Below, piece by piece: positions 8,474-16,517 of a stretch of DNA of 32,000 bases (position 1 is its first letter; the number at the start of each line of letters is the position of its first letter). This DNA is from Halalkalibacterium halodurans (GTDB taxonomy: Bacteria; Bacillota; Bacilli; Bacillales; Bacillaceae_D), in assembly GCF_004376175.1 (NCBI RefSeq), contig NZ_SNUY01000024.1:18583-50582 (forward strand). Direction: 5' to 3'. Under the pieces are notes generated by a model. That model had not been told where the DNA came from and did not search any database. It saw only the letters and a list, made by a program, of their open reading frames with translations. The position numbers and the translations under genes were made by a program.

Positions 8474-9270
8474 TTTTATCTGTTGAGCAAGTGACAATTA
8501 GAAGTAAAGAAAACATCATCGTCGATCAAGTCTCCCTCCAAATTCGAGCTGGACAGTGGTTTGCTCTCGTCGGCCAAAGTGGGAGTGGGAAAAGTTTGTT
8601 GTCCCAAGCCATTGGACAAATGTTAGCCCCTAATTTGCAAGTGGAGGGAAAGATCTCATTCAAAGGACGAGACTTGTTTACTTTATCACGAAAAGAGATG
8701 CGAACCCTTCGTGGATCTAAGATCTCTTACATTTTCCAAGACTATCAAGGCTCTTTTACACCATTTCGTACAATTGCCCAACATTTTGAAGAATACCAAA
8801 AAAACCATACAACCCGTTCGGCTAAGGAACGAAAAGGCGAAGCCATGCGTGCCCTTCAATCGGTCGGTCTTGAGGAAATGCTCTATCATCGATATCCGTT
8901 TCAGCTAAGTGGCGGCCAGCTTCAACGGGTTTCGATTGCGCTCGCTCTCTTGCTTTCACCTGATTTACTAATTGCGGATGAGGCGACAACCGCTCTTGAT
9001 AGTGTTTCTGGCCATCGGATCTTGGAACTGCTTGCGAGACGACAAAGAGAAACAGGCTGTGCCATTCTTTTTATAACCCATGATTGGCGCCATGTGAGAC
9101 GTTATGCGGACCACATTGCTGTTATGAAAGAAGGGACAATAGTAGAATCAGGTAGGAAACATCGTGTACTTGATCATCCGAAAGATGATTATACAAAGCA
9201 ACTGATCCAAGCAGCGCCTACGCTAGGACATGGATTGCCCTCAGGTTTGCCGGAGGTGGGGGAGGGGTGA
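8470..9270 (+). CDS. ABC transporter ATP-binding protein (OppD/DppD/NikD-like)
   Basis: Walker A GQSGSGKS, signature LSGGQLQR, Walker B LLIADEATTALD and H-loop ITHD. The start overlaps the upstream stop as ATGA. Confidence 0.85.
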   Translation: MILSVEQVTIRSKENIIVDQVSLQIRAGQWFALVGQSGSGKSLLSQAIGQMLAPNLQVEGKISFKGRDLFTLSRKEMRTLRGSKISYIFQDYQGSFTPFRTIAQHFEEYQKNHTTRSAKERKGEAMRALQSVGLEEMLYHRYPFQLSGGQLQRVSIALALLLSPDLLIADEATTALDSVSGHRILELLARRQRETGCAILFITHDWRHVRRYADHIAVMKEGTIVESGRKHRVLDHPKDDYTKQLIQAAPTLGHGLPSGLPEVGEG

Positions 9271-10028
9271 CGTTACTATCTGTCGACCATTTAGTGAAAT
9301 CATACGGGACAGGAAAAGTAGCCATTTCCGATGTTTCCTTTGATGTAAATAAAGGGGAATGTCTCGGCCTTGTTGGGGAGAGTGGTTGCGGAAAAAGCAC
9401 TCTTGCCCGTTGTTTACTACGAATCGAATCGATTGATCGTGGTTCGATTACGTTTAAACATCAATCAATTGAGCGCCTTAAAGAGCGGCGATTACGCCCG
9501 TTTCGCAAAGATCTACAGGCTGTATTTCAAAACCCAACGGCGGCCTTGAATCCGAAGCTTAAAGTGAAAGATTCCCTCCTTGACCCATACGACCAATACA
9601 AACAGGGGCTCAAGCTTCGTCATTTTAGCTACACGTCAAAAAACGCTTTTGTTAGACAGCTCCTAGAGGCGGTAGAACTTCCAAGCTCTTTAGCAGAGCG
9701 TTATCCTCATGAGCTGAGCGGGGGACAACGTCAGCGGGTTACGATCGCTCGAGCGATAAGTATAGAGCCAGCCCTGATCATTTTAGATGAACTTACAGCG
9801 AGCCTTGATGTGATTTCACAAGGGGCGATTCTCCGCTTGCTCTCAGACCTGCGGAACACGCTAAATGTAGCGTACTTGTTTATTTCCCATGACCTTGCCG
9901 CTGTGGAACAAATGAGTCAACGAATCATCGTAATGAAAGATGGCACGTTTGTCGATGAATTTCAGAGTGACCACTTATTTTCAGAAGGACGTCATCCGTA
10001 TACGAAGGAATTGATCTCCATTTTTTAA
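9267..10028 (+). CDS. ABC transporter ATP-binding protein (OppF/DppF/NikE-like)
   Basis: Walker A GESGCGKS, signature LSGGQRQR, Walker B LIILDELTASLD and H-loop ISHD. The GTG start overlaps the upstream stop as GTGA. Confidence 0.85.
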   Translation: MTLLSVDHLVKSYGTGKVAISDVSFDVNKGECLGLVGESGCGKSTLARCLLRIESIDRGSITFKHQSIERLKERRLRPFRKDLQAVFQNPTAALNPKLKVKDSLLDPYDQYKQGLKLRHFSYTSKNAFVRQLLEAVELPSSLAERYPHELSGGQRQRVTIARAISIEPALIILDELTASLDVISQGAILRLLSDLRNTLNVAYLFISHDLAAVEQMSQRIIVMKDGTFVDEFQSDHLFSEGRHPYTKELISIF

Positions 10029-10125
10029 TCAATCATTCAAATGAGGAGCCAGCTTTAACCATAAGTCAAACGGATGGAAAAGGACTTATGACCTGAAAAC
10101 ACGAATAGCAGTGGGCATTTATCCC

Positions 10126-10163
10126 AACGACCACCTACTTAAGCAGGTGGTCGTTTCATTTTT
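10126..10163 (+). terminator. Rho-independent terminator of the ABC remnant operon
   Basis: AACGACCACCT / AGGTGGTCGTT forms a perfect 11-bp stem with an 8-nt loop, followed by TCATTTTT. Confidence 0.8.
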
Positions 10164-10230
10164 GGGTAGCTTTCATGGACAAGTTTTCAGTATAATACGT
10201 AAGAAGAGATTTTCGAAAAGGGGATAGTGT

Positions 10231-11223
10231 ATGCAACAATCCCGACAACGATTGTGGATGTTAGTGGCAACTTTAATTGTTGTAGCCATCATCTTAATGA
10301 TTCTTTGCTATCAATCAGTAAAAATTGTGTTAAGTCCAGATACTGAACCAACTGACCGAGTCATCATGAGTATTTTTACGTCAGATAAACTGGTGGATCA
10401 GAGTTGGGGCAGCTTAGCCTATTTGGCTCAGCTCCATGTGGAGAAGAAGTTTCCGGTCGATATTGAACTTTATAGTGAAGTCGATACAATAGAGAAAATG
10501 GAAGAATCCTTGCATGCCTCCATAGATCGAAAAACGGAACTGATTATTGGGCACGGGCGAGAGTTTTCTGACTTTTTTACAAAAGTTGCACCAAGCTATC
10601 CAACTGTTCGATTTGTTACGATTCATGGAAGCGCAACTTATGAGAATCAAACGGTCTATACGTTTGAAAAGGGGAAAATTGAACTGATTGCAGCCCTTGC
10701 CGCTACGATGAAATCGAAAACGAGAAAAGTGGCACTCATCGATGCTTATGATGGACGAGAAGATGAGCCTTATTTTGAACGAGGCCTTGAAAAATATGCT
10801 AATGATATCGAGTTTTTTTATTACGTTGTAAACAGCCGCCATGATGGAAAGCAGGCGAAAGCAGTGATGGATAAATTAATAAAAGAAGGAGTTGACGTCG
10901 TCTATTCCCGTGGCAACGCGTTCAACCGAGACGTGATTCATTACGCGAAACAACATGACATCTATGTCATCGGCTTTCTTGATGACCAGTCGTACCTTGG
11001 TGAGGAGCACGTGCTGACAAGTGTATTGAACGATGTTACTCAGGCCTATGTTAAAATTATAGAAGATTATTTTAACGAGGAAGAGCCTTTTCCAAATGGG
11101 ATCGTTATCCTCTCGGGAAAAGACGGTGTTTTTCGCTTGGCGCCTTTCGGGAAGATGTTTACAGAGGAAGAAAAAAAACGTTTACAGGAAGAGTTGGATC
11201 GCTACTATCGTGGTGAATTATAG
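10231..11223 (+). CDS. Membrane-anchored BMP-family (PnrA/Med-like) substrate-binding-fold protein
   Basis: An N-terminal TM/signal anchor (LWMLVATLIVVAIILMILC) followed by a BMP-type periplasmic-binding fold. The C-terminal half (GVDVVYSRGNAFN...YVIGFLDDQSYLGEEHVLTSVLNDVTQAY) resembles my recollection of B. subtilis Med. Confidence 0.7.
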   Translation: MQQSRQRLWMLVATLIVVAIILMILCYQSVKIVLSPDTEPTDRVIMSIFTSDKLVDQSWGSLAYLAQLHVEKKFPVDIELYSEVDTIEKMEESLHASIDRKTELIIGHGREFSDFFTKVAPSYPTVRFVTIHGSATYENQTVYTFEKGKIELIAALAATMKSKTRKVALIDAYDGREDEPYFERGLEKYANDIEFFYYVVNSRHDGKQAKAVMDKLIKEGVDVVYSRGNAFNRDVIHYAKQHDIYVIGFLDDQSYLGEEHVLTSVLNDVTQAYVKIIEDYFNEEEPFPNGIVILSGKDGVFRLAPFGKMFTEEEKKRLQEELDRYYRGEL

Positions 11224-11249
11224 ATACATTACAGGCTTGGGGATATTTT

Positions 11250-13052
11250 ATGAGAAATTGGTTCCAGTCTTTGTCATTTCGTAATCGGATTTTAGTTGTG
11301 CTATTGCTCATCACGTTATTGATGAGCAGCTTTTCGCTTGTATTAATAGCTTCGATTAGTGAAGTGAATGATGTAAGCAAAAAAATATCAAATGAAGGTG
11401 TTCCAGAATTGGCGTGGCTTACGAGCTGGCAAGAGGAGCTCGCCGTTAAAACTTTTTTGGTGGAATCGTACTTAAACGAGGAATGGTGTTGTGATCTTGT
11501 CGAGGAATATCAATCCATTCATTCAGATCAGGATGGCAACATCCCAGAGGCTTGGACCAGGCTTCCTTCTTCATTAGAAGAGATTAAAATGAGTATGGAG
11601 CGGCTCGATTTTGAGATGATTAACAACGTTCAAGGGCTGCTTGACTTTGGAGATGAGGAAGGAGCCCGTTCCTATTTACAAACTCAATTTTTGCCGCGAA
11701 TCGAAGAAGTCGAACTAGAATTAAGTGAAGCGAGAAGTAACGTTCTTTCGACATTAAATGATCATTCTTCTAGCTTAACGACGATCATTCATCAATCGCT
11801 ATGGCTTCTGTTTATCGTGACGGTGATGGTCATCGGATTCTCCATTGTTGCTGCCTATCGCATTAGTGGAAAATTAACAAATCCTCTTGAACGAATGGTC
11901 GACCAAGTGGATGCGATTTCGAAAGGTCAATATGGACTCTATCTTACATCAACTCCTCAGTTTGAGATGCAGCAAATGACGGTGGCCATAAATGAAATGT
12001 CCAAGCGATTAAAATCGTCGTTCGATACATTATTTAACGAAAAAAAATACCGTGAGCAAATTTTAAATTCGTTGCCAATCGGAATTATTACATTCGATCA
12101 TCAAAGCAATGAACTCTCATTGAATACGGCTGCAAGACTTTGGGTGCAAGCATCTGAGTCTGATATTCTCTTGCGACAGGTTGAAGAAAATCAGGCGTTT
12201 TGGCAACTGTTTTGGTCGAATAGTATGTGTCAAAACGTGAAGGTGTCGTTCTCGAATTCAGAGGGGACTCATCAAGTGCTCGTCTCGAAAACAGAATTGT
12301 TTAATGATCAACAGATCGTCATTGGACAAATCTTTTATTTTATTGATATTACAGAAGTGGAAGAAATGGCTAAGCGCATGCACCAATCGGAGAAGCTTGC
12401 ACTTGTAGGTGAAATGGCTGCTGGAGCTGCCCATGAAATTCGGAATCCACTTGCCGTGATCCACGGGTTTATTAGCTTAATGAAACAGACGATGCCTGAT
12501 TCAAATGAAAACAAAAGCTATATGCCACTGCTATTGCAAGAAATTGATCGGATCAATGGTATCATTGACGAGATGCTTTTATTAGCAAAGCCAGGGGCAC
12601 CAATCTTAAAGCGTGGAGATATAAAAGAAATGGCGGAGGAGTTAATTCCGCTGATTCGCCATTCATATGGACACGATGATCTCAAGATCGAAATGAAATT
12701 AGATTCAGCTGTGGTCATGATGGATCGGAAGCAAATGAAACAAGTGTTACACAATTTAATTAAAAACAGCATTGATGCGGTGGGGGGCACAGGGACGGTT
12801 ACTCTTTATTCGAAAGTGGATGAGAGTGGTTGGTATCACCTCTTTATCCGTGATACGGGAAAAGGGATTCCTTCACACTTACAAGAGACGATCTTTGAAC
12901 CGTTCTCAAGTTCAAAAGAAAGTGGCACCGGACTAGGCCTTACGATTGTTCAGCGAATCATTGAAAATCATCACGGATCGATCCAGTTGGTGGACTCCTC
13001 AGAAAATGGTACGACCTTTCAAATCTCGTTGCCGTTGGCGGATGATGCTTAA
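11250..13052 (+). CDS. Orphan sensor histidine kinase (2 TM + extracytoplasmic domain, HAMP, PAS, HisKA, HATPase_c); sporulation-kinase-like H-box
   Basis: TM1 is LVVLLLITLLMSSFSLVLIASI and TM2 is LWLLFIVTVMVIGFSIVAAY. The H-box is AAGAAHEIRNPLAVIHGF, the N-box LHNLIKNSIDA and the G-boxes RDTGKGIP / GTGLGLTIV. There is no response regulator gene next to it. Confidence 0.9.
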   Translation: MRNWFQSLSFRNRILVVLLLITLLMSSFSLVLIASISEVNDVSKKISNEGVPELAWLTSWQEELAVKTFLVESYLNEEWCCDLVEEYQSIHSDQDGNIPEAWTRLPSSLEEIKMSMERLDFEMINNVQGLLDFGDEEGARSYLQTQFLPRIEEVELELSEARSNVLSTLNDHSSSLTTIIHQSLWLLFIVTVMVIGFSIVAAYRISGKLTNPLERMVDQVDAISKGQYGLYLTSTPQFEMQQMTVAINEMSKRLKSSFDTLFNEKKYREQILNSLPIGIITFDHQSNELSLNTAARLWVQASESDILLRQVEENQAFWQLFWSNSMCQNVKVSFSNSEGTHQVLVSKTELFNDQQIVIGQIFYFIDITEVEEMAKRMHQSEKLALVGEMAAGAAHEIRNPLAVIHGFISLMKQTMPDSNENKSYMPLLLQEIDRINGIIDEMLLLAKPGAPILKRGDIKEMAEELIPLIRHSYGHDDLKIEMKLDSAVVMMDRKQMKQVLHNLIKNSIDAVGGTGTVTLYSKVDESGWYHLFIRDTGKGIPSHLQETIFEPFSSSKESGTGLGLTIVQRIIENHHGSIQLVDSSENGTTFQISLPLADDA

Positions 13053-13109
13053 GCTGAATGAAAGACGGCTTCAGAAAAACATGAACAGAAAAGATTGTCA
13101 CACGATACA

Positions 13110-13146
13110 ACGAAGAGGGAGTGGTCATTCCCTCTTCGTTTACTTT
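13110..13146 (+). terminator. Rho-independent terminator of the kinase gene
   Basis: ACGAAGAGGGA / TCCCTCTTCGT forms a perfect 11-bp stem with an 8-nt loop, followed by TTACTTTG. Confidence 0.75.
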
Positions 13147-13294
13147 GTCTAAGTTTGAGTCATAGGGATAATGGTCTCTTTTATGGCATTGAACTAGTTA
13201 TCACTACAATCACAAATAAATGAATTTCCTCCTTACCCAATCTTTTTTCCTTCCCCATTTCATAGACTCAAGCGTACTCGGGTTATCCTCCAAA

Positions 13295-13334
13295 TAAAAA
13301 AGTAGCACAAACCATCACGTTGGTATGTACTACT
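13295..13334 (-). terminator. Rho-independent terminator of the LysM-CAP gene (minus strand)
   Basis: On the minus-strand RNA, AGUAGUACA ... UGUGCUACU forms a 9-bp stem with one G-U pair, followed by UUUUUU (the A-run at 13295-13300 on the + strand). Confidence 0.65.
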
Positions 13335-13351
13335 CAATGTTTATATGCTAC

Positions 13352-13984
13352 TTAACGCCCGATAAACATTTGCGTCCAGTAATGACCGTAAGAGCCTCCA
13401 CGTGCATAACCGACACCGATTTCGGTGTAATTAGATGAAAGAATGTTCTGACGATGCCCCGAACTATTCATCCATGCTTGGAATACAGCTTGTGGTGTGG
13501 ATTGGCCAGCAGCAATGTTTTCACCTGATGAACGATAGCTAATGCCGAAATTGCGAATCATTTGATGTGGGCTACCGTATGTTGGGGATGTATGGCTAAA
13601 ATAGTTGCGATCTCTCATATCCTCTGATTTAATGCGAGCTACCCGCGCCAACTCCCAATTTGATTTTAATGGTTTTAACCCATATTTTGCGCGCTCTTGG
13701 TTTACGAGTCTTACAACCTCCTCTTCAAAATTTAGATGAGCGCTTTTGGCTGGGATGTTTAGCTTTTGCCCTGGGTAAATCACATTTGGGTTCGAAACTT
13801 GAGGGTTCGCTTGAATGATTTCGGATACGCCGACCTGATAGCGAGCAGCGATCTTCCACATCGTATCACCTGAGACAACAGTATGTGTAGTGGAAGCCTC
13901 AGCCTTTTCCCCAATACCAAAGACACAGACAACAGACAACAATAAAATGATAAAAAATTGTGTTAAGTATCTCATGGTTTTCAT
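13352..13984 (-). CDS. Secreted LysM + CAP/SCP (YkwD-like) domain protein
   Basis: Signal peptide (LTQFFIILLLSVVCVFGIGEKAEA), a LysM motif (HTVVSGDTMWKIAARYQVGVSEIIQANP...IYPGQKLNIP) and a CAP/SCP domain (VNQERAKYGLKPL ... SSGHRQNIL ... GVGY). No clear SD precedes the ATG. Confidence 0.85.
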   Translation of the reverse strand: MKTMRYLTQFFIILLLSVVCVFGIGEKAEASTTHTVVSGDTMWKIAARYQVGVSEIIQANPQVSNPNVIYPGQKLNIPAKSAHLNFEEEVVRLVNQERAKYGLKPLKSNWELARVARIKSEDMRDRNYFSHTSPTYGSPHQMIRNFGISYRSSGENIAAGQSTPQAVFQAWMNSSGHRQNILSSNYTEIGVGYARGGSYGHYWTQMFIGR

Positions 13985-14158
13985 CTTAATAGGTTACGTT
14001 TGAAAAGTATAGCGGGAATCGGTGGGCAAGATGGGCATTGCTACGCTGAAAGCAAGACATGGGAAGTGCTTGAAATAAAAGTAGCAAATTTTACGAAAAT
14101 ATTACTATAGGGTGACCGGTGTAATAAAAAAATTGATATTTTGTAATAAAGTGAGCGA

Positions 14159-14923
14159 TTATTTTCTAGCAACCCATATGGTCCAACGGTCGGTTTCTTC
14201 AATGAATTCTTGGATTTGTTGATCGAGATAGTCAATTAACTTGTTCAATTCGAGGTCTGATAATGCGTGGAGGATCGAGCACCCAGTTCTAGCTCGGATC
14301 TCTTGCAGGAAATGTTGCTTGGATGATGTCTGTCTCGTTTCCAAAAACGTTTCTACCCGTTCGACCTCATACCCTGAGCGAATAATTGTGGAAGAAAGCA
14401 TTTGAATTGTTGGCCGTCGTTTTCTTTCAATCTCTTGCAAGTGAGGAAATAGGTTGTAGTAATAGCCACGGATATGGGATGGACTTCCTTGCAAAAAGCA
14501 GTCCTCCGACGTGCGATCTTGTACGATCAACTGCCCATCATTTTCTAACAAGCGAAAGGCTTCAGAAAGGAAAGGTTCAACTTCATTCAATTGATGGATC
14601 AGAGCTCGACAATAAACGAGGGAGTAGTGACCAGATGCAAGTCCAGTAGCCTCAGCTTGCCCGTGGTGAAAAGGGAGAGTTGGGTGCAATTGTTTTGCCA
14701 CCTCAAGTATAGGAAGGGAACTGTCTACACCTGTTACCGTATCAAACCCTTATGAAGTAAGAGCCCTTGTATAAATACCTCTGCCACAGCCGATGTCCAC
14801 GGCATGTCCTGTTGGAGAATCAAGAAGGATAGACATCTTCTTGATCCATGAAACGTCAGCTCGTCTTGTTGCGTAACTATATTGGTAACGCTTGTCGTGA
14901 AAGTCAATATGATAACCGAACAC
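14159..14923 (-). pseudogene. Class I SAM-dependent methyltransferase interrupted by a single in-frame TAA
   Basis: Minus-strand translation reads ...ILLDSPTGHAVDIGCGRGIYTRALTS*GFDTVTGVDSSLPILEVAKQLHP... SAM-binding motif I (VDIGCGRG) is upstream of the stop. The stop is + strand 14750-14752 (tta). The rest of the fold (ORF 14159-14701) is downstream in the same frame. Confidence 0.75.
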
Positions 14924-15176
14924 CTCTTTTACCTATTATATACAGTCAATTCGGTAAAAAAGCTTAGAGTTTTCAAATCACAAGTGAAAACGGGCACAAA
15001 TCATATAAAAAAAAGAGAACGAACAGAAGCTAATAGGATCTTAAGAAGCAAAGAAGGTGGAAAATCTATGAAAAAATGTTGTTTGAAAAATTCTTTTATT
15101 TTAAGATAGAACGAGTAGATTTTTGTTGAAAAATGCAATTGAAATAAAGAAAACTTTTATATTATTGGAGGGACTT

Positions 15177-16235
15177 ATGGGAATTATTAAAGCTGCGGTA
15201 AGTGCAGTAAAAGGTGGATTGGCGGATCAGTGGCTCGAAGTTATAGAACCGCAGGGAATGAGCGATAGTACAGTGATGTCTGTTGGCGTAAAAGTGCGGC
15301 CAAAAGATCGGCGTAATCAAAATTTCAAAGGAACCGAAGCTACTGTTTCAAACGGTTCGATCATTCATGTGTACCCGAATCAATTTATGATGTTAGTCGA
15401 CGGGGGAGAAATCGTGGACTATACGGCAGAGGAAGGCTATTATGAGGTGGACTTTTTTGGAATGCCGTCCATGTTTAATGGGGAGTTTGGCGATTCACTA
15501 AAAGAGACGTTTAATCGAGTGAAGTTTGGCGGGGTTCCATCGAAAACACAGAAGGTTTACTTTATTAATCTACAAGAAATTAAAGGTATTAAATTTGGGA
15601 CTCGTCATCCAATTAACTATTTCGATAACTTTTACAATGCTGAATTATTTTTAAGAACTCACGGAACGTATTCAATCAAGATTGTTGACCCAATAAAATT
15701 TTTTATGGAGGCAATTCCACGTAATCAGTCGGTCGTTGATATTAAACAAATTAACGAACAATATCTCTCAGAGTTTATGAATGCCTTGCAGGCGGCCATC
15801 AACCAAATGTCAAGTGACGGGACACGCATCTCGTTTGTCACGTCAAAGGGAATGGAGCTAGCGAAATATATGGCGACCGTTTTAGATGAAGATTGGCGTC
15901 GGATGCGCGGGATGCAAGTGGAATCTGTCGGAATTGCCAGTATTTCATATGATGAACAATCGCAAAACTTAATCAACATGAGAAATAAAGGGGCGATGCT
16001 ACAAGATCCTACCGTGCGAGAAGGGTATGTTCAAGGTTCAGTTGCACGAGGATTAGAGGCTGCTGGTTCGAATGAAAGTGGTGCGATGCAAGGCTTTATG
16101 GGGGTCGGCATGGGGATGCAAGGAAGTGGTGGCTTTATGGGCGCCGTTTCAGATGCTAATCGTCAGCAAATGCAGCAGGCTCAACAGTCGGGCGGACAAC
16201 AGCAGGCAGCTCAAGATTCCAATAAATGGAAATGA
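15177..16235 (+). CDS. SPFH/band-7-superfamily protein of the COG4260 (YdjI-like, virion-core-protein-like) type, ending at an in-frame TGA before its Zn-ribbon tail
   Basis: The ATG at 15177 lies 7 nt after GGAGGG. The N-terminus is MGIIKAAVSAVKGGLADQWLEVIEP... followed by a Gly/Met/Gln-rich linker (GFMGVGMGMQGSGGFMG...QQMQQAQQSGGQQQ). This family normally carries a C-terminal Zn-ribbon. Confidence 0.8.
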   Translation: MGIIKAAVSAVKGGLADQWLEVIEPQGMSDSTVMSVGVKVRPKDRRNQNFKGTEATVSNGSIIHVYPNQFMMLVDGGEIVDYTAEEGYYEVDFFGMPSMFNGEFGDSLKETFNRVKFGGVPSKTQKVYFINLQEIKGIKFGTRHPINYFDNFYNAELFLRTHGTYSIKIVDPIKFFMEAIPRNQSVVDIKQINEQYLSEFMNALQAAINQMSSDGTRISFVTSKGMELAKYMATVLDEDWRRMRGMQVESVGIASISYDEQSQNLINMRNKGAMLQDPTVREGYVQGSVARGLEAAGSNESGAMQGFMGVGMGMQGSGGFMGAVSDANRQQMQQAQQSGGQQQAAQDSNKWK

Positions 16236-16247
16236 CGTTGCGGTCAG

Positions 16248-16478
16248 ATGAACCATGGTCGCTTTTGCACCGAATGTGGAACAGCAAAGCCGAGTCCAAA
16301 TCAGGAAGGCTGGACGTGCACGTGTGGACAACATAACACTGGGAATTTTTGTATGGAATGTGGCTTGAAAAAGCCTGAAGAAATGAAAGCTGTGACATGC
16401 AATAATTGTGGGTTTACGCCTCCACCGAATGTGGCTATGAAATTTTGTCCAGAATGCGGCCAATCGTTTAATGATTAG
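16248..16478 (+). CDS. Triple Zn-ribbon peptide, probably the detached C-terminal domain of the preceding SPFH protein
   Basis: It is in the same frame as 15177-16235 and separated only by TGA plus 4 codons. There is no SD before ATG 16248. The repeats are FCTECG, CTCG..FCMECG and CNNCG..FCPECG. Confidence 0.5.
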   Translation: MNHGRFCTECGTAKPSPNQEGWTCTCGQHNTGNFCMECGLKKPEEMKAVTCNNCGFTPPPNVAMKFCPECGQSFND

Positions 16479-16517
16479 CGGTTTGATGATTTTAATCATG
16501 AATAGGAGGGGCGTACT

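Noticed and set aside
10060-10090. Hairpin CATAAGTC-N15-GACTTATG after the second ABC ATPase gene.
   Set aside because: It has a short 8-bp stem, a large loop and no U-tract. The much stronger terminator at 10126-10163 explains transcript ending.
14882-15109. A 75-aa + strand ORF between the methyltransferase and the SPFH gene.
   Set aside because: It overlaps the 5' end of the minus-strand methyltransferase pseudogene. It has a non-ATG start, no SD, and a lysine-rich, AT-driven composition.
16233-16235. Calling the TGA a confirmed selenocysteine codon.
   Set aside because: The downstream hairpin is short (7 bp with two wobble pairs) and poorly resembles known bacterial SECIS elements. No Sec machinery is visible in this window. 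It is kept only as a minority alternative under the finding.
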